A stretch of 64,000 nucleotides of DNA from Spirochaetia bacterium (GTDB lineage: Bacteria > Spirochaetota > Spirochaetia > UBA9216): contig CAXXYH010000004.1 of the NCBI GenBank assembly GCA_963677925.2, forward strand, positions 960,001-1,024,000. The letters are read 5' to 3'. Each line of letters begins with the position of its first letter. The first letter of the stretch is position 1. The position numbers and the translations under genes are program-made. Below, piece after piece: positions 28,665-37,677 of this stretch. The notes under the pieces are model-generated. The model saw only the letters and a program-made list of their open reading frames with translations, was not told where the DNA came from and made no database searches.

Positions 28665-31600
28665 ATGTTCAACATTACCAGAGCAGGCAGATTTTTTGGG
28701 ATACTCGCCTGTTTAAGCCTGATGATAATGACTCCGGTCTTCTCCCAGGACGGAAATCCTGAAGGAGATCCCCTTCTTACTCCGGTTTTTGCCCGGACGA
28801 ACCCGGGATTGGTTTTTGTTGAAGGCGAAGCTGCTGTTTCAACCAATTTTGCCGGTGAGCCCGTCTCGAACTACGGATGTTCCGGTTTCAGAAGTCTGCA
28901 GCTTAACAGAACTACCGGCCAGCAGGGCGGTGCAGCCTTCTTTGCGGAATATGTTTTCTACGTTCCTTCCGACGGCCTGTATCAGTTCTGGTACGGAGGT
29001 ACGCCTCCGGGGCCGCAGGATGATCTTCTTCCTTCGTATTCCAGTCCGTTTTCCTATATTCTTGACAATGGTGAGCGGATAAATGTATACCGTGAAAATA
29101 TTACAGTTGTTGAAGGTTATACACCTTCTTACTACTGGAACCGTGTAAATGAAATTGAGCTCACCAAGGGTACACACAGGATAAGGGTTGAAGTTTCAGA
29201 GAAAAGGGGTTTCGACGGAAAGTACTATTTCTATCTCGATTCGCTGTTTTTTCTGAACCCGGAAAACTTTGATTCTGAAAATACACCGTCAGTTTTTCCG
29301 CAGAATACTGAAGATACATCAATTAACAGTTATTTTCTTACTCTCAACGAGTACGACGCATATATCAATACACATCCCGATGATAAGGGAATATATCTAG
29401 AGGTTTCACTTGTATATTCGCTTCTTGGGGACTACCAGAATGCTCTTAAAAATCTTAACAAGGCTATGGCTCTTGATTCCTCAGATCCTGAACCGGTTAT
29501 ACTTTCGGCTAAAAACAGACTGTGGAAGGGGGATGTTAAGGAGAGTCTTGCTCTATATGAAAGGGCTTTGAATTTAGCTCCCGAGGATGCAGCGCTCTGG
29601 TCAGAGGCAGGAAAGGTTGCCGCCTGGACTGCCAACTACTACAAGGCGATAGATTTTTTTACACGTGGTCTTGCGCTTTTTCCCGAGGATCTCAATCTTA
29701 AAGTAAATCTCGGTCTTACATATCTGTGGATGTCCAGTTCTGAAGAAGCAGAACGTATTCTTGATGAAGCCCTTGCCCAGTCTCTTACTGATACAGACAG
29801 TCTTGCAGAACTTGGTAAGATAGAGGAAGCCAACGGCTATGCCGAATATGCACGGGAAGTTTATACCAGAGCCATAGAAAGTCATCCGGAATACCTGGAG
29901 TTTTATCTGCTGCTTCAGCAGTCGTATCTTTCCTCCGGAATGAAGGAAGAGTCGGATCGTATCGGAAGCCTTGTAGAATCAACTTTTGTCCGGAGCCCTG
30001 AACTTGAAACTGAACTGGAAATATATGTTCAGAAGCTCAGAATGAGGGATGATGTTATTAACAGCTACCTTGAAAGGCTTAAAGAGGATCCGGGGAATCT
30101 GATGCTGAGACAGGAACTTGCCCAGACATATTTCTGGAACGGACTTAAAAAAGAGGCTATTGAGCAGATACGCTATGTCCTTACGACATACTCATATCGT
30201 GCAGCATCAGAGTTCACCAGACGGAATGCTGATCTGATTCAGCTCTCGGCAGAAGTTTATTCGCTGCTTGAACTGTTAAAAGGCTATTCTTCATATGCAC
30301 AGGGCGTCAGGCAGAGACTTTCTGCTGCTGCTTCAGCCCTGTCGAAGGCTGTCTCTGCATCATCCAAAGAGCCCGAAGCTCTTTTGCTGAAGCAGGAATA
30401 TGACAATAAGGCCGCTGAATATGCAGGTGCAGTTGATGATTTACGAGATGCTGTTGAGCTTTTTGAGTCATGGACCTCTGAACTTGATTCCTATGAGTCC
30501 TTGATTGAAGAACTTTCGGGTAAAGAAGTTGCAGATGAAGAGGCTTTCAGTGCCGCCGTTTCCGCTTCCGGCTGGGTGTGGAATATTGATGAAGATTTGA
30601 GAGAACTCGAATCGGTTCTGCCTTTCGAGCCTGAGCTGGCCTCATACATGCTTGCATGGCTTTATCGCCAGGACGGCCGTTACCAGGATGCGGCCGCAGT
30701 GCTGTTTGGTGAAAAGGGACAGCTGGACAGTAGTGATTCAGGTATGCATTTTCTCCTTTATGAGAATCTTATGCGGTTTGGTGATGAAACCGGCCGGCTT
30801 GGACTCTATCAGTCCGATGAGCAGATGTTTCTTTCTGAGTATCCCTCAGCAGAAAATATTGAATCCAGGTACCTCACTCTTGCTGCAATGAATCTTCAGG
30901 AAAGCTCCGGCAGCGGAGTGTATTATGAAGGGCTTGAAGAGGAGGCTGGTGAGCTTGTGACCATTCTCGGTGAGCAGCTCGGTATGCTGTCTTCAAGTCT
31001 GCGCAATAATGAGCGCTTCGATCGGCTGGTAAACAGGATTATTCAGGGCCGGCTGAAAAGAGCTGCCTACTATCTGCAGGCTGATACCTACCTCATCCGC
31101 TATGAGCTTGGCGACTATTACCTCGATGAGGGGGAAAATAAAAAGGCCTCGGAGCAGTTCAGGTATGTAATAGCCGTTGATCCCTGGAATATTTCAGCCA
31201 GCTATAAGCTTGGAGTGGTAGAGCAGCGCTACGGCAACTGGTATGAGGCTATGAAGTATTACAAGAAGGTGTATCTGCAGGACCCTGTATATGAAAATAC
31301 TGCCTACTACTATAACCAGCTTGCCAGATCTCATGCAGATACGTTCAGTTCTTCAATGCAGCTGGTGGCCAGCCCGTCAGAGATAAGCCTTCTGGGTGAG
31401 CTTCGTTATCAGTCTGAACTTAACACTGTATTCGGAATCAATGCCGGCTATAAGCTTGATCAGCAGCGGCTGTACCGGGCTTACGGTGACAATAGCCAGG
31501 GCAGTTTTCAGGTTCACAATATTGATGCCGGATTAAGTTTCAGCTTTATAGATATAGGACTCAAAATTACTCCCTGGGGCGGTGTTAATGCGGACAGCCT

Positions 31601-32348
31601 TTATTATTCTACCGATTATGTCTTTGCAGAGGAATCCTTTGTTACCTTTTCCGAGTTTTTTCAGACCATATCGGTATATCCTGTATACGGGGCAAAGCTG
31701 TCATGGGACTATGATTTTCTTGGCCTTGATCTGGACTGGAGATATATAATTGAACCCGATACCTTTTATCCTGATCGGAATGCCGTTTATAAAAATGATA
31801 TAACAGCAGCAGCGGACACATGGTTTGATCTTGACGGCTCGGATATTCTGGGGCCCCTGACAACGCGGACTTACGGAAGACTGCAGTTTATGGATGATGG
31901 AAATCTTAAAGGTCAGATTATGCAGGATGTAAATCTGGGCATATCCTTGTTAAGTTCACCGATATTTAAAATATTTACCGGTGCTCTTTTTAACTACGAA
32001 AACTCTTCCGACACAACAGTAACCGATTACTATGCCCCGTCCAATGTTATCGAGGCAAAGGGCATCCTTCGTGCCGTTCTGACTGCGCCTTCCTCCGACT
32101 GGAGTCAGGCGTTTGAAGGGGCGCTTTGGGGAAGTGCAGGCGGATACTGGTCCGGAGCAGGAAGCAGTGATGTATCATCAAATTTCAAGGCTGAGGGAGG
32201 AGCGGTTCTGACGTGGGTGAAAAACGGAACCTCATATTACCTTAATCTGGGTACCATGGGAACCTTCAGCGGAGGCGGGAATACCTACTGGGAAATGAGC
32301 GTTCTGCTTGGCAGTAATATTACAATGCCGCAGCTTCTTGCACGATGA
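28665..32348 (+). CDS. Secreted TPR protein with N-terminal CBM-like domain and probable C-terminal outer-membrane beta-barrel (PelB/PgaA/BcsC analogue)
   Basis: Signal peptide; VFVEGE...AEYVF.VP..G.Y...LTKGTHRIRV...YLDSL jelly-roll pattern; many TPRs (ALALYERALNLAPED); last ~340 aa have alternating aromatic/Gly strands; RBS GGAGG. Confidence 0.7.
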   Translation: MFNITRAGRFFGILACLSLMIMTPVFSQDGNPEGDPLLTPVFARTNPGLVFVEGEAAVSTNFAGEPVSNYGCSGFRSLQLNRTTGQQGGAAFFAEYVFYVPSDGLYQFWYGGTPPGPQDDLLPSYSSPFSYILDNGERINVYRENITVVEGYTPSYYWNRVNEIELTKGTHRIRVEVSEKRGFDGKYYFYLDSLFFLNPENFDSENTPSVFPQNTEDTSINSYFLTLNEYDAYINTHPDDKGIYLEVSLVYSLLGDYQNALKNLNKAMALDSSDPEPVILSAKNRLWKGDVKESLALYERALNLAPEDAALWSEAGKVAAWTANYYKAIDFFTRGLALFPEDLNLKVNLGLTYLWMSSSEEAERILDEALAQSLTDTDSLAELGKIEEANGYAEYAREVYTRAIESHPEYLEFYLLLQQSYLSSGMKEESDRIGSLVESTFVRSPELETELEIYVQKLRMRDDVINSYLERLKEDPGNLMLRQELAQTYFWNGLKKEAIEQIRYVLTTYSYRAASEFTRRNADLIQLSAEVYSLLELLKGYSSYAQGVRQRLSAAASALSKAVSASSKEPEALLLKQEYDNKAAEYAGAVDDLRDAVELFESWTSELDSYESLIEELSGKEVADEEAFSAAVSASGWVWNIDEDLRELESVLPFEPELASYMLAWLYRQDGRYQDAAAVLFGEKGQLDSSDSGMHFLLYENLMRFGDETGRLGLYQSDEQMFLSEYPSAENIESRYLTLAAMNLQESSGSGVYYEGLEEEAGELVTILGEQLGMLSSSLRNNERFDRLVNRIIQGRLKRAAYYLQADTYLIRYELGDYYLDEGENKKASEQFRYVIAVDPWNISASYKLGVVEQRYGNWYEAMKYYKKVYLQDPVYENTAYYYNQLARSHADTFSSSMQLVASPSEISLLGELRYQSELNTVFGINAGYKLDQQRLYRAYGDNSQGSFQVHNIDAGLSFSFIDIGLKITPWGGVNADSLYYSTDYVFAEESFVTFSEFFQTISVYPVYGAKLSWDYDFLGLDLDWRYIIEPDTFYPDRNAVYKNDITAAADTWFDLDGSDILGPLTTRTYGRLQFMDDGNLKGQIMQDVNLGISLLSSPIFKIFTGALFNYENSSDTTVTDYYAPSNVIEAKGILRAVLTAPSSDWSQAFEGALWGSAGGYWSGAGSSDVSSNFKAEGGAVLTWVKNGTSYYLNLGTMGTFSGGGNTYWEMSVLLGSNITMPQLLAR

Positions 32349-32351
32349 TTT

Positions 32352-33188
32352 TTATTTCTCTAATCCGAACAGCGACCCGCATTCTATGAAGAGTTTGTCA
32401 GCAGTCAGGCTGGAATAGAAATCGTTCCGGTAGTAATGCAGATCTTCATTCTTCATGTTGAGTCTCAGCATGAAGGCCTGAAGAGCCTCTTCGGGAGGTT
32501 CTTCTTTTGAAAAATCCTCGTAAAAGCCTGATATTATATCTGCTGCCGATACTATAAGTATAAGGGTTTTGTGGGGTGAAGTGATATTATATGTCCCATG
32601 CTCCATTGCTGTGTCCACGTATACTTCAGGGAAAGACCATGCATTAAGCACAGCTCCGCCAATTTCCTTGTGATCTGTGTGGTAGATCGTCCTCTCCGAT
32701 TCTGTGTCGGTGATTCTGTAAAAAAGTTCAGAATCTGCCTTATAAAGAGGAACCTTGCCGATATCGTGAAGCAGCCCTGCAAGAAATATCTCGTCGCTGA
32801 GGCGTTTAAACCCGGTCCTTAGTGCAATATTCTGTGAAATGAAAGCCGTCAGAATTGAATGTTTCCAGAAACTCTTGAAGAACTCCTTGCTGTTGTCCTT
32901 TTTGAACATGTTGGATGCGGAAACAAGGAATACCAGACTTTTAATTGTCTTGAACCCGAGGAGTGTTATTGCCGCCTGAAGTGAAGTCACTTCCTTCTGT
33001 CTGGCGTACATCGCTGAATTGGCTACTTTTAAAATCTTTGTCGTAAGACCCGGGTCAACTTTTATCAAATTCTCAAGTTCTTTGAAGGATATATTTATAT
33101 TATCTTCAGGTATGCTGATAATTTTTGCTGCAATGTCGGGCATGACCGGCAGGGCGGACATGTATTTTGTAAAGGTTTCCATGATCAT
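32352..33188 (-). CDS. HDOD domain protein
   Basis: LPVMP, DPGLTTKILKVANSAMY, AITLLG, FWKHS, FLAGLLHDIGK, DH..IG...L..W.FP. Confidence 0.92.
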   Translation of the reverse strand: MIMETFTKYMSALPVMPDIAAKIISIPEDNINISFKELENLIKVDPGLTTKILKVANSAMYARQKEVTSLQAAITLLGFKTIKSLVFLVSASNMFKKDNSKEFFKSFWKHSILTAFISQNIALRTGFKRLSDEIFLAGLLHDIGKVPLYKADSELFYRITDTESERTIYHTDHKEIGGAVLNAWSFPEVYVDTAMEHGTYNITSPHKTLILIVSAADIISGFYEDFSKEEPPEEALQAFMLRLNMKNEDLHYYRNDFYSSLTADKLFIECGSLFGLEK

Positions 33189-33220
33189 ATAGTCGGTAGT
33201 ATATATAAAAATTGTTAATT

Positions 33221-33260
33221 AAAAAAGAACCGCCGGAGAGTCACTTTCCGGCGGTTCTTT
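33221..33260 (-). terminator. Intrinsic terminator of the DUF2089 operon
   Basis: AAAGAACCGCCGGA-N9-TCCGGCGGTTCTTT with a U-tract on the minus strand. Confidence 0.88.
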
Positions 33261-33279
33261 ATGGAAACGTATCAGCTGT

Positions 33280-33705
33280 TTATCTGCAGTAAACCTTGAC
33301 TGTTGAGTCGTCTGAATCAACATCTACTGTAAGCTGTTCAAGTGCACTAAGAATATCCTGCACATTTTCGGGTTTGATGTCGTTCAGATTGAAGTTCATC
33401 CCCTTATCTGCCATTGACGTGTTTATCTTGTCCTGGACATCTTCCGGTATCAGTCCCATGATATTCAGTCCGGCTTTAAGCAGGGCAAACGGTACTTTGA
33501 CAGAAACCCTGTCGGATGATTTTCCGTCCTTTGGATCAACCTGGACGTAAAGAAATTTGCTCTCCAGGGAACTCAGCAGATCTGCTGTTCCGGAGCCGGT
33601 CGGTTCTTCGGTTTTTTCCACCGCATTCAGCAGCTTTTCTGCTTCTTCTGCGCTGATCTTGCCTTCTGCAAGCATATTAAGAATTTTCATTTTATCATCA
33701 GCCAT
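33280..33705 (-). CDS. SHOCT-like (YvlB/LiaX N-terminal) domain protein
   Basis: KILNMLAEGKISAEEAEKLL; V.VKVP..L..AG motif; in operon with DUF2089. Confidence 0.75.
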   Translation of the reverse strand: MADDKMKILNMLAEGKISAEEAEKLLNAVEKTEEPTGSGTADLLSSLESKFLYVQVDPKDGKSSDRVSVKVPFALLKAGLNIMGLIPEDVQDKINTSMADKGMNFNLNDIKPENVQDILSALEQLTVDVDSDDSTVKVYCR

Positions 33706-33719
33706 ATTATCCTCCGTAA

Positions 33720-33992
33720 TTACCTTATATATAGTGTTACATTCGATTTATCCGAATGGGCTATTATTTCGGTTCCTCTTGCTGCAGCTAAAATTTGAGG
33801 AAGCCGAAATACAATCTTCATATATATTCCTGCCTGCGATGCTGTGTTTCCGCTTGCGGCGATAAAGATGTAGATTATGCCGCAGATTAAATATGCCGGA
33901 AGCAGCAGTATATAAATAATGATCAGCGGTATGAAAAGGCTGAATGAAGTATTTTCATCCCTGATTTTCAGTCTTAACAGCATCGGCAGCAT
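33720..33992 (-). CDS. Small hypothetical membrane protein
   Basis: 90 aa with a long hydrophobic segment; translationally coupled to DUF2089. Confidence 0.7.
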   Translation of the reverse strand: MLPMLLRLKIRDENTSFSLFIPLIIIYILLLPAYLICGIIYIFIAASGNTASQAGIYMKIVFRLPQILAAARGTEIIAHSDKSNVTLYIR

Positions 33993-34357
33993 TATTCGAG
34001 CTCCTTCAGTGCATCATTTACATCTATTTCACCGCGTTCAAGTTTTTCAATAACGCTTGAAACACTTGCCTTTATATCAACGGAGATGTCAACAAGTCCA
34101 ATTTTTGATGCAATCTGGTTAAGTCGGTTTTTGACTGTAGGGTATGAGATTCCGAATATGCTCTCCATCTGTTTGATTGATCCGTGGGTTTTAATGAAGG
34201 CCGCAACGAATATCTGCTCCTCCATGCTCAGCCTTCCCAGCGGCGGCAGTTCGAACTCTCCCTCAATGTCTATCTGATCTGAGGGCACCCTCACTTTTTT
34301 TATTATGAACTCTTTTCCGCCTGTCATAGCGTCGAGTTTTTTCCAGCTGTGGATCAT
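33992..34357 (-). CDS. DUF2089 family HTH protein
   Basis: IEGEFELP.L.RLS.EEQ.F...F....GSIK.ME..FGISYPTVKNRL; RBS GGAGG supports a start at 34357. Confidence 0.88.
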   Translation of the reverse strand: MIHSWKKLDAMTGGKEFIIKKVRVPSDQIDIEGEFELPPLGRLSMEEQIFVAAFIKTHGSIKQMESIFGISYPTVKNRLNQIASKIGLVDISVDIKASVSSVIEKLERGEIDVNDALKELE

Positions 34358-34547
34358 CTTAATCCTCCGATGTTTTAAATATAGCACTGCAATATGTTAA
34401 AATCAATAAAAATGTTTATAAAAATTGAAAATATTAATATAGAAGAGGAAATAAATTAAATATATTAATATATAGCCTCTAATAATGCAGGGCCAAGGTC
34501 TGATTTTCCTGAATTTTACAATTTTACCGGTAACTTTCATTTTTGGA

Positions 34548-34577
34548 TTGACGTTTAGTATTAAAAAGTATTACCCT
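34548..34577 (+). promoter_or_regulatory. sigma70 promoter (TTGACG-N18-TACCCT) containing a tandem AGTATTA repeat, candidate RHH operator
   Basis: AGTATTA at 34557-34563 and 34567-34573 (10-bp period), in the spacer and running into the -10 box. Confidence 0.55.
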
Positions 34578-34586
34578 TGATGCAAT

Positions 34587-34835
34587 ATGAAAGAACAGGT
34601 TGTTACATTTAAAGCTGATCCGGAGCTTGTTAAAGCTCTAAACAGCATACCCAATAAATCAGAGTTTATAAGAAATTCGATCAGGGAAGCTCTCGGGAAT
34701 AAATGTCCGCTCTGCAACGGTTCAGGAACGCTGAGTGAAATGCAGAAACAGCACTGGGATGATTTCATGACGCATCACAAGCTGGAAGAATGCAATGAAT
34801 GCCATCAGGTTCATATTAAATGTGAATTGGAATAA
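34587..34835 (+). CDS. Ribbon-helix-helix (CopG-like) regulator with Cys/His metal-binding tail
   Basis: VVTFKAD.EL..AL....NKSEFIR.SI..AL RHH pattern, then CPLC...HW...HH...CNECH..H..C. Confidence 0.8.
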   Translation: MKEQVVTFKADPELVKALNSIPNKSEFIRNSIREALGNKCPLCNGSGTLSEMQKQHWDDFMTHHKLEECNECHQVHIKCELE

Positions 34836-35756
34836 ATGGAGAATAGAATGAAACAGTTGACCGTATTAATGCTGTCACTATCAATATTTGCTCTGGCTGT
34901 TTTTCCTGTGTTTTCATCGGGGAGATCAGAAGAGCCGGAAAACGGTACGGGCTATTCAGTTTTTGTAAGTATTCCGCCGCAAAAGTATTTTGTTGAAAAA
35001 ATTGGCGGTGATCATGTTTCTGTAAGAACGATGGTTCTTCCAGGCCGCAGTCCTGCAACCTATGATCCCAGTCCTTCCCAGGTTATTGCGCTTGGTAAAA
35101 GCCGGGTTTTTTTTACGATTGGTGTAGCCTTTGAGGCTGCATTTCTTCCGGGTATCAGGGATAAGGCGGATAGTCTTCTTATAGTCGATACATCTGAAGG
35201 TATTAAGAAAAGGATGCTGGAGCATCATTTACATGAGGGTGAAGATGACGGGCATGATGAGGATGAGGGTGAAACAATAGACCCTCATGTCTGGATGTCG
35301 CCGGTTTTGGTAATGAAACAGGCTGAGACAATTTACAGGACCCTGGTTTCATTAGATCCGGAAAATGAAGCCGATTATGCAGCCGGGTACAATGAACTTA
35401 TCAGTGAGCTGGAAAATCTTGACTCGGTGCTTGAACTTGACCTGGCTCCCTTTAGAGGGAAAACTCTTTTTGTTTTTCACCCTTCATTTGGATATTTTAC
35501 CGATCGTTACGGTATGCGGCAGTTAGCGATAGAGACAGGCGGCAAGGAGCCTTCTGCAGCGGAGCTTGAAGAAGTTATCGGGCATGCCCGAGAGAACGAT
35601 GTAAAGATAGTTTTTGTACAGCCGGAGTTCTCAAGGCAGAGTGCTGATGCAATTGCCAGGGCTGTCGGGGGTATGGTTATAGTTCTTAATCCGCTTGCAG
35701 AGGATTATATTGATAATATGTATATGATTTCAGAAAATGTCAGGAAGGCATACTGA
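34836..35756 (+). CDS. znuA: Zinc ABC transporter substrate-binding protein (start may be 34848)
   Basis: VSIPPQKYFVEKIGG, SPATYDPSP, His/acidic loop HHLHEGEDDGHDED, DPHVWMSP, FHPSFGYF. Confidence 0.9.
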   Translation: MENRMKQLTVLMLSLSIFALAVFPVFSSGRSEEPENGTGYSVFVSIPPQKYFVEKIGGDHVSVRTMVLPGRSPATYDPSPSQVIALGKSRVFFTIGVAFEAAFLPGIRDKADSLLIVDTSEGIKKRMLEHHLHEGEDDGHDEDEGETIDPHVWMSPVLVMKQAETIYRTLVSLDPENEADYAAGYNELISELENLDSVLELDLAPFRGKTLFVFHPSFGYFTDRYGMRQLAIETGGKEPSAAELEEVIGHARENDVKIVFVQPEFSRQSADAIARAVGGMVIVLNPLAEDYIDNMYMISENVRKAY

Positions 35757-36502
35757 TGGCGGATCCTATGACCGAGCTGCTTAAGGCTGACGATATAACA
35801 TTCGGCTATGATGTTCATCCAGTTATTGAGAACGCAAGTTTCAGTATCAATAAAAATGATATCATAACCATAATCGGTCCCAACGGCGGGGGAAAGACTA
35901 CACTGCTAAGACTTCTGATGGGGCAGCTTAAACCCCAGAAGGGGAATGTCAGAATAAACGGAGATCGGACCAGATTTTTCGGTTATGTGCCGCAGCATTC
36001 CGAGCTTGATCCCTCATACCCTGTTACAGTCAGGGAAGTGGTTCTTTCGGGCAGAATAAAGAGTTTTGGTTTCTATTCCAGGGCAGATAAGGACGCTGCA
36101 GAAGCCTGCCTTCAGCAAGTCGGTCTGGACGGGCTTGGGGGGCGTACGTTTTTTGAACTTTCCGGCGGTCAGCGCCAAAGAGTTCTTATAGCCAGGGCTC
36201 TTGCATCAAGTCCCGAGGTTCTGCTTGCTGATGAGCCTACAGCCAATATTGATACGGATGCAGAGAAGCAGCTTTCCGATCTGCTTCAAAGGCTGAGCAG
36301 TGAGCTTACCATCGTTCTTGTTACCCATGATCTGGGATTTGTTTCAGATATTACAAGCAGGGTTCTATGTGTAAACCGGCGTGTGGTTGAGCATCCGGTT
36401 GAAGAAGTTGATGAAGAGTTGATAAGCGCTTCCTACGGAAGGCAGATGAAGGTTGTAAGGCATGATCATCTTTTGGAAAAAGAGAGGCCGGTAAGTGAGT
36501 GA
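35756..36502 (+). CDS. znuC: Zinc ABC transporter ATPase
   Basis: GPNGGGKTT, GYVPQ, LSGGQRQRVLIARAL, DEPTA, VTHD. Confidence 0.9.
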   Translation: MADPMTELLKADDITFGYDVHPVIENASFSINKNDIITIIGPNGGGKTTLLRLLMGQLKPQKGNVRINGDRTRFFGYVPQHSELDPSYPVTVREVVLSGRIKSFGFYSRADKDAAEACLQQVGLDGLGGRTFFELSGGQRQRVLIARALASSPEVLLADEPTANIDTDAEKQLSDLLQRLSSELTIVLVTHDLGFVSDITSRVLCVNRRVVEHPVEEVDEELISASYGRQMKVVRHDHLLEKERPVSE

Positions 36503-37358
36503 TTTTATAGCGGCATTGTTCAACCCGGATGTTCCCTTTATAAGAATGGCCTTTCTTGCAGGTATAATCGGAAGTATTCCATTCGGTTTCATCGGCAGCT
36601 TTGTCGTTGTGAGAAAGATGAGTTCGGTTGCCGGCGCAGTAAGCCATTCTATCCTCGGCGGTATCGGCCTTGCGCTGTATATGAGTACGGTGCTGGGAGT
36701 TGTCTGGCTGACTCCTACAATAGGGGCTTTTGCATTTGCTCTTATTGCCGCCGGAATTCTCAGTGCAGTAATGACCTTCGGGAAAGAGAGGCTCGATACG
36801 GTTATCGGAGCTGTATGGGCTGTCGGTATGTCGCTGGGACTGCTGTTTATTGCTAAAACTCCCGGCTATATCGACCCCATGAGTTACCTTTTTGGAAATA
36901 TACTGTTAATCAGCAGCGGTGAGCTGCTTACCATAGCGATCTTCTCTCTGGTTGTGCTTGCTGCGGGAATCGTGTTTTACCCCCAGCTTCAGGCTGTTTC
37001 CTTTGATGCTGAGTTTGCTCAGACAAGAGGGCTGAATATCAGAGTCTATCAGACAATAATTCTTATCCTAATCAGTGTTACCGTTGTCCTTATGGTCTCA
37101 CTTGTAGGGACTGTGATGGTTATAGCTTTTCTCACCATTCCGCCTGCAATGGCTTCTGTGTTTTCAAGAAGGCTGTCTGGAATGATATTGTACTCTATTC
37201 TGTTTTCAATCATTCTGTCGATAACCGGTCTGGTGGTTAGTTATCAGCTTGATATGGCTACCGGTTCTGTTACCATTATTCTTGCCGCAGCGGCATATAT
37301 TTTATTAAGAGTATTTAAGATTATTTTTGACAGAATCAGGATGAAGGCTTCTAAATAA
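36495..37358 (+). CDS. znuB: Zinc ABC transporter permease
   Basis: G.FVV.RKM.....AVSH..LGG, SYLFGNIL, SFD.EFA..RG. Confidence 0.9.
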   Translation: MSDFIAALFNPDVPFIRMAFLAGIIGSIPFGFIGSFVVVRKMSSVAGAVSHSILGGIGLALYMSTVLGVVWLTPTIGAFAFALIAAGILSAVMTFGKERLDTVIGAVWAVGMSLGLLFIAKTPGYIDPMSYLFGNILLISSGELLTIAIFSLVVLAAGIVFYPQLQAVSFDAEFAQTRGLNIRVYQTIILILISVTVVLMVSLVGTVMVIAFLTIPPAMASVFSRRLSGMILYSILFSIILSITGLVVSYQLDMATGSVTIILAAAAYILLRVFKIIFDRIRMKASK

Positions 37359-37563
37359 GACCTTCATCCATAGCAAGTTCAAATTCGTCCTGGTAATCAT
37401 CCTGAAATTCTTCCAGATCGTCCAGCAGGACACTTTCCATACTTAGATCCTCGTAATCAGAGTCGATTTCCATTTCTTTGACAGCTCTTTGAGCATCTGT
37501 TTTTGATTGATAAACGTAGATCGGGAACCCCGACTCATAAACAAACCACAATTTCTCAGCCAT
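37351..37563 (-). CDS. Small highly acidic hypothetical protein (70 aa)
   Basis: Start MAEKLW after GGGAG; protein-like composition; stop overlaps the znuB stop. Confidence 0.6.
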   Translation of the reverse strand: MAEKLWFVYESGFPIYVYQSKTDAQRAVKEMEIDSDYEDLSMESVLLDDLEEFQDDYQDEFELAMDEGLI

Positions 37564-37677
37564 GTTGTGGTACTCCCATAACCTGAATAAATAACATAAA
37601 CAAGCAGCGTTAGCATAAAGGGTCCGTCTGTCTGAGGCATACAACCTGATTCTAATTTAATCTTTTTTCCCGATTTG

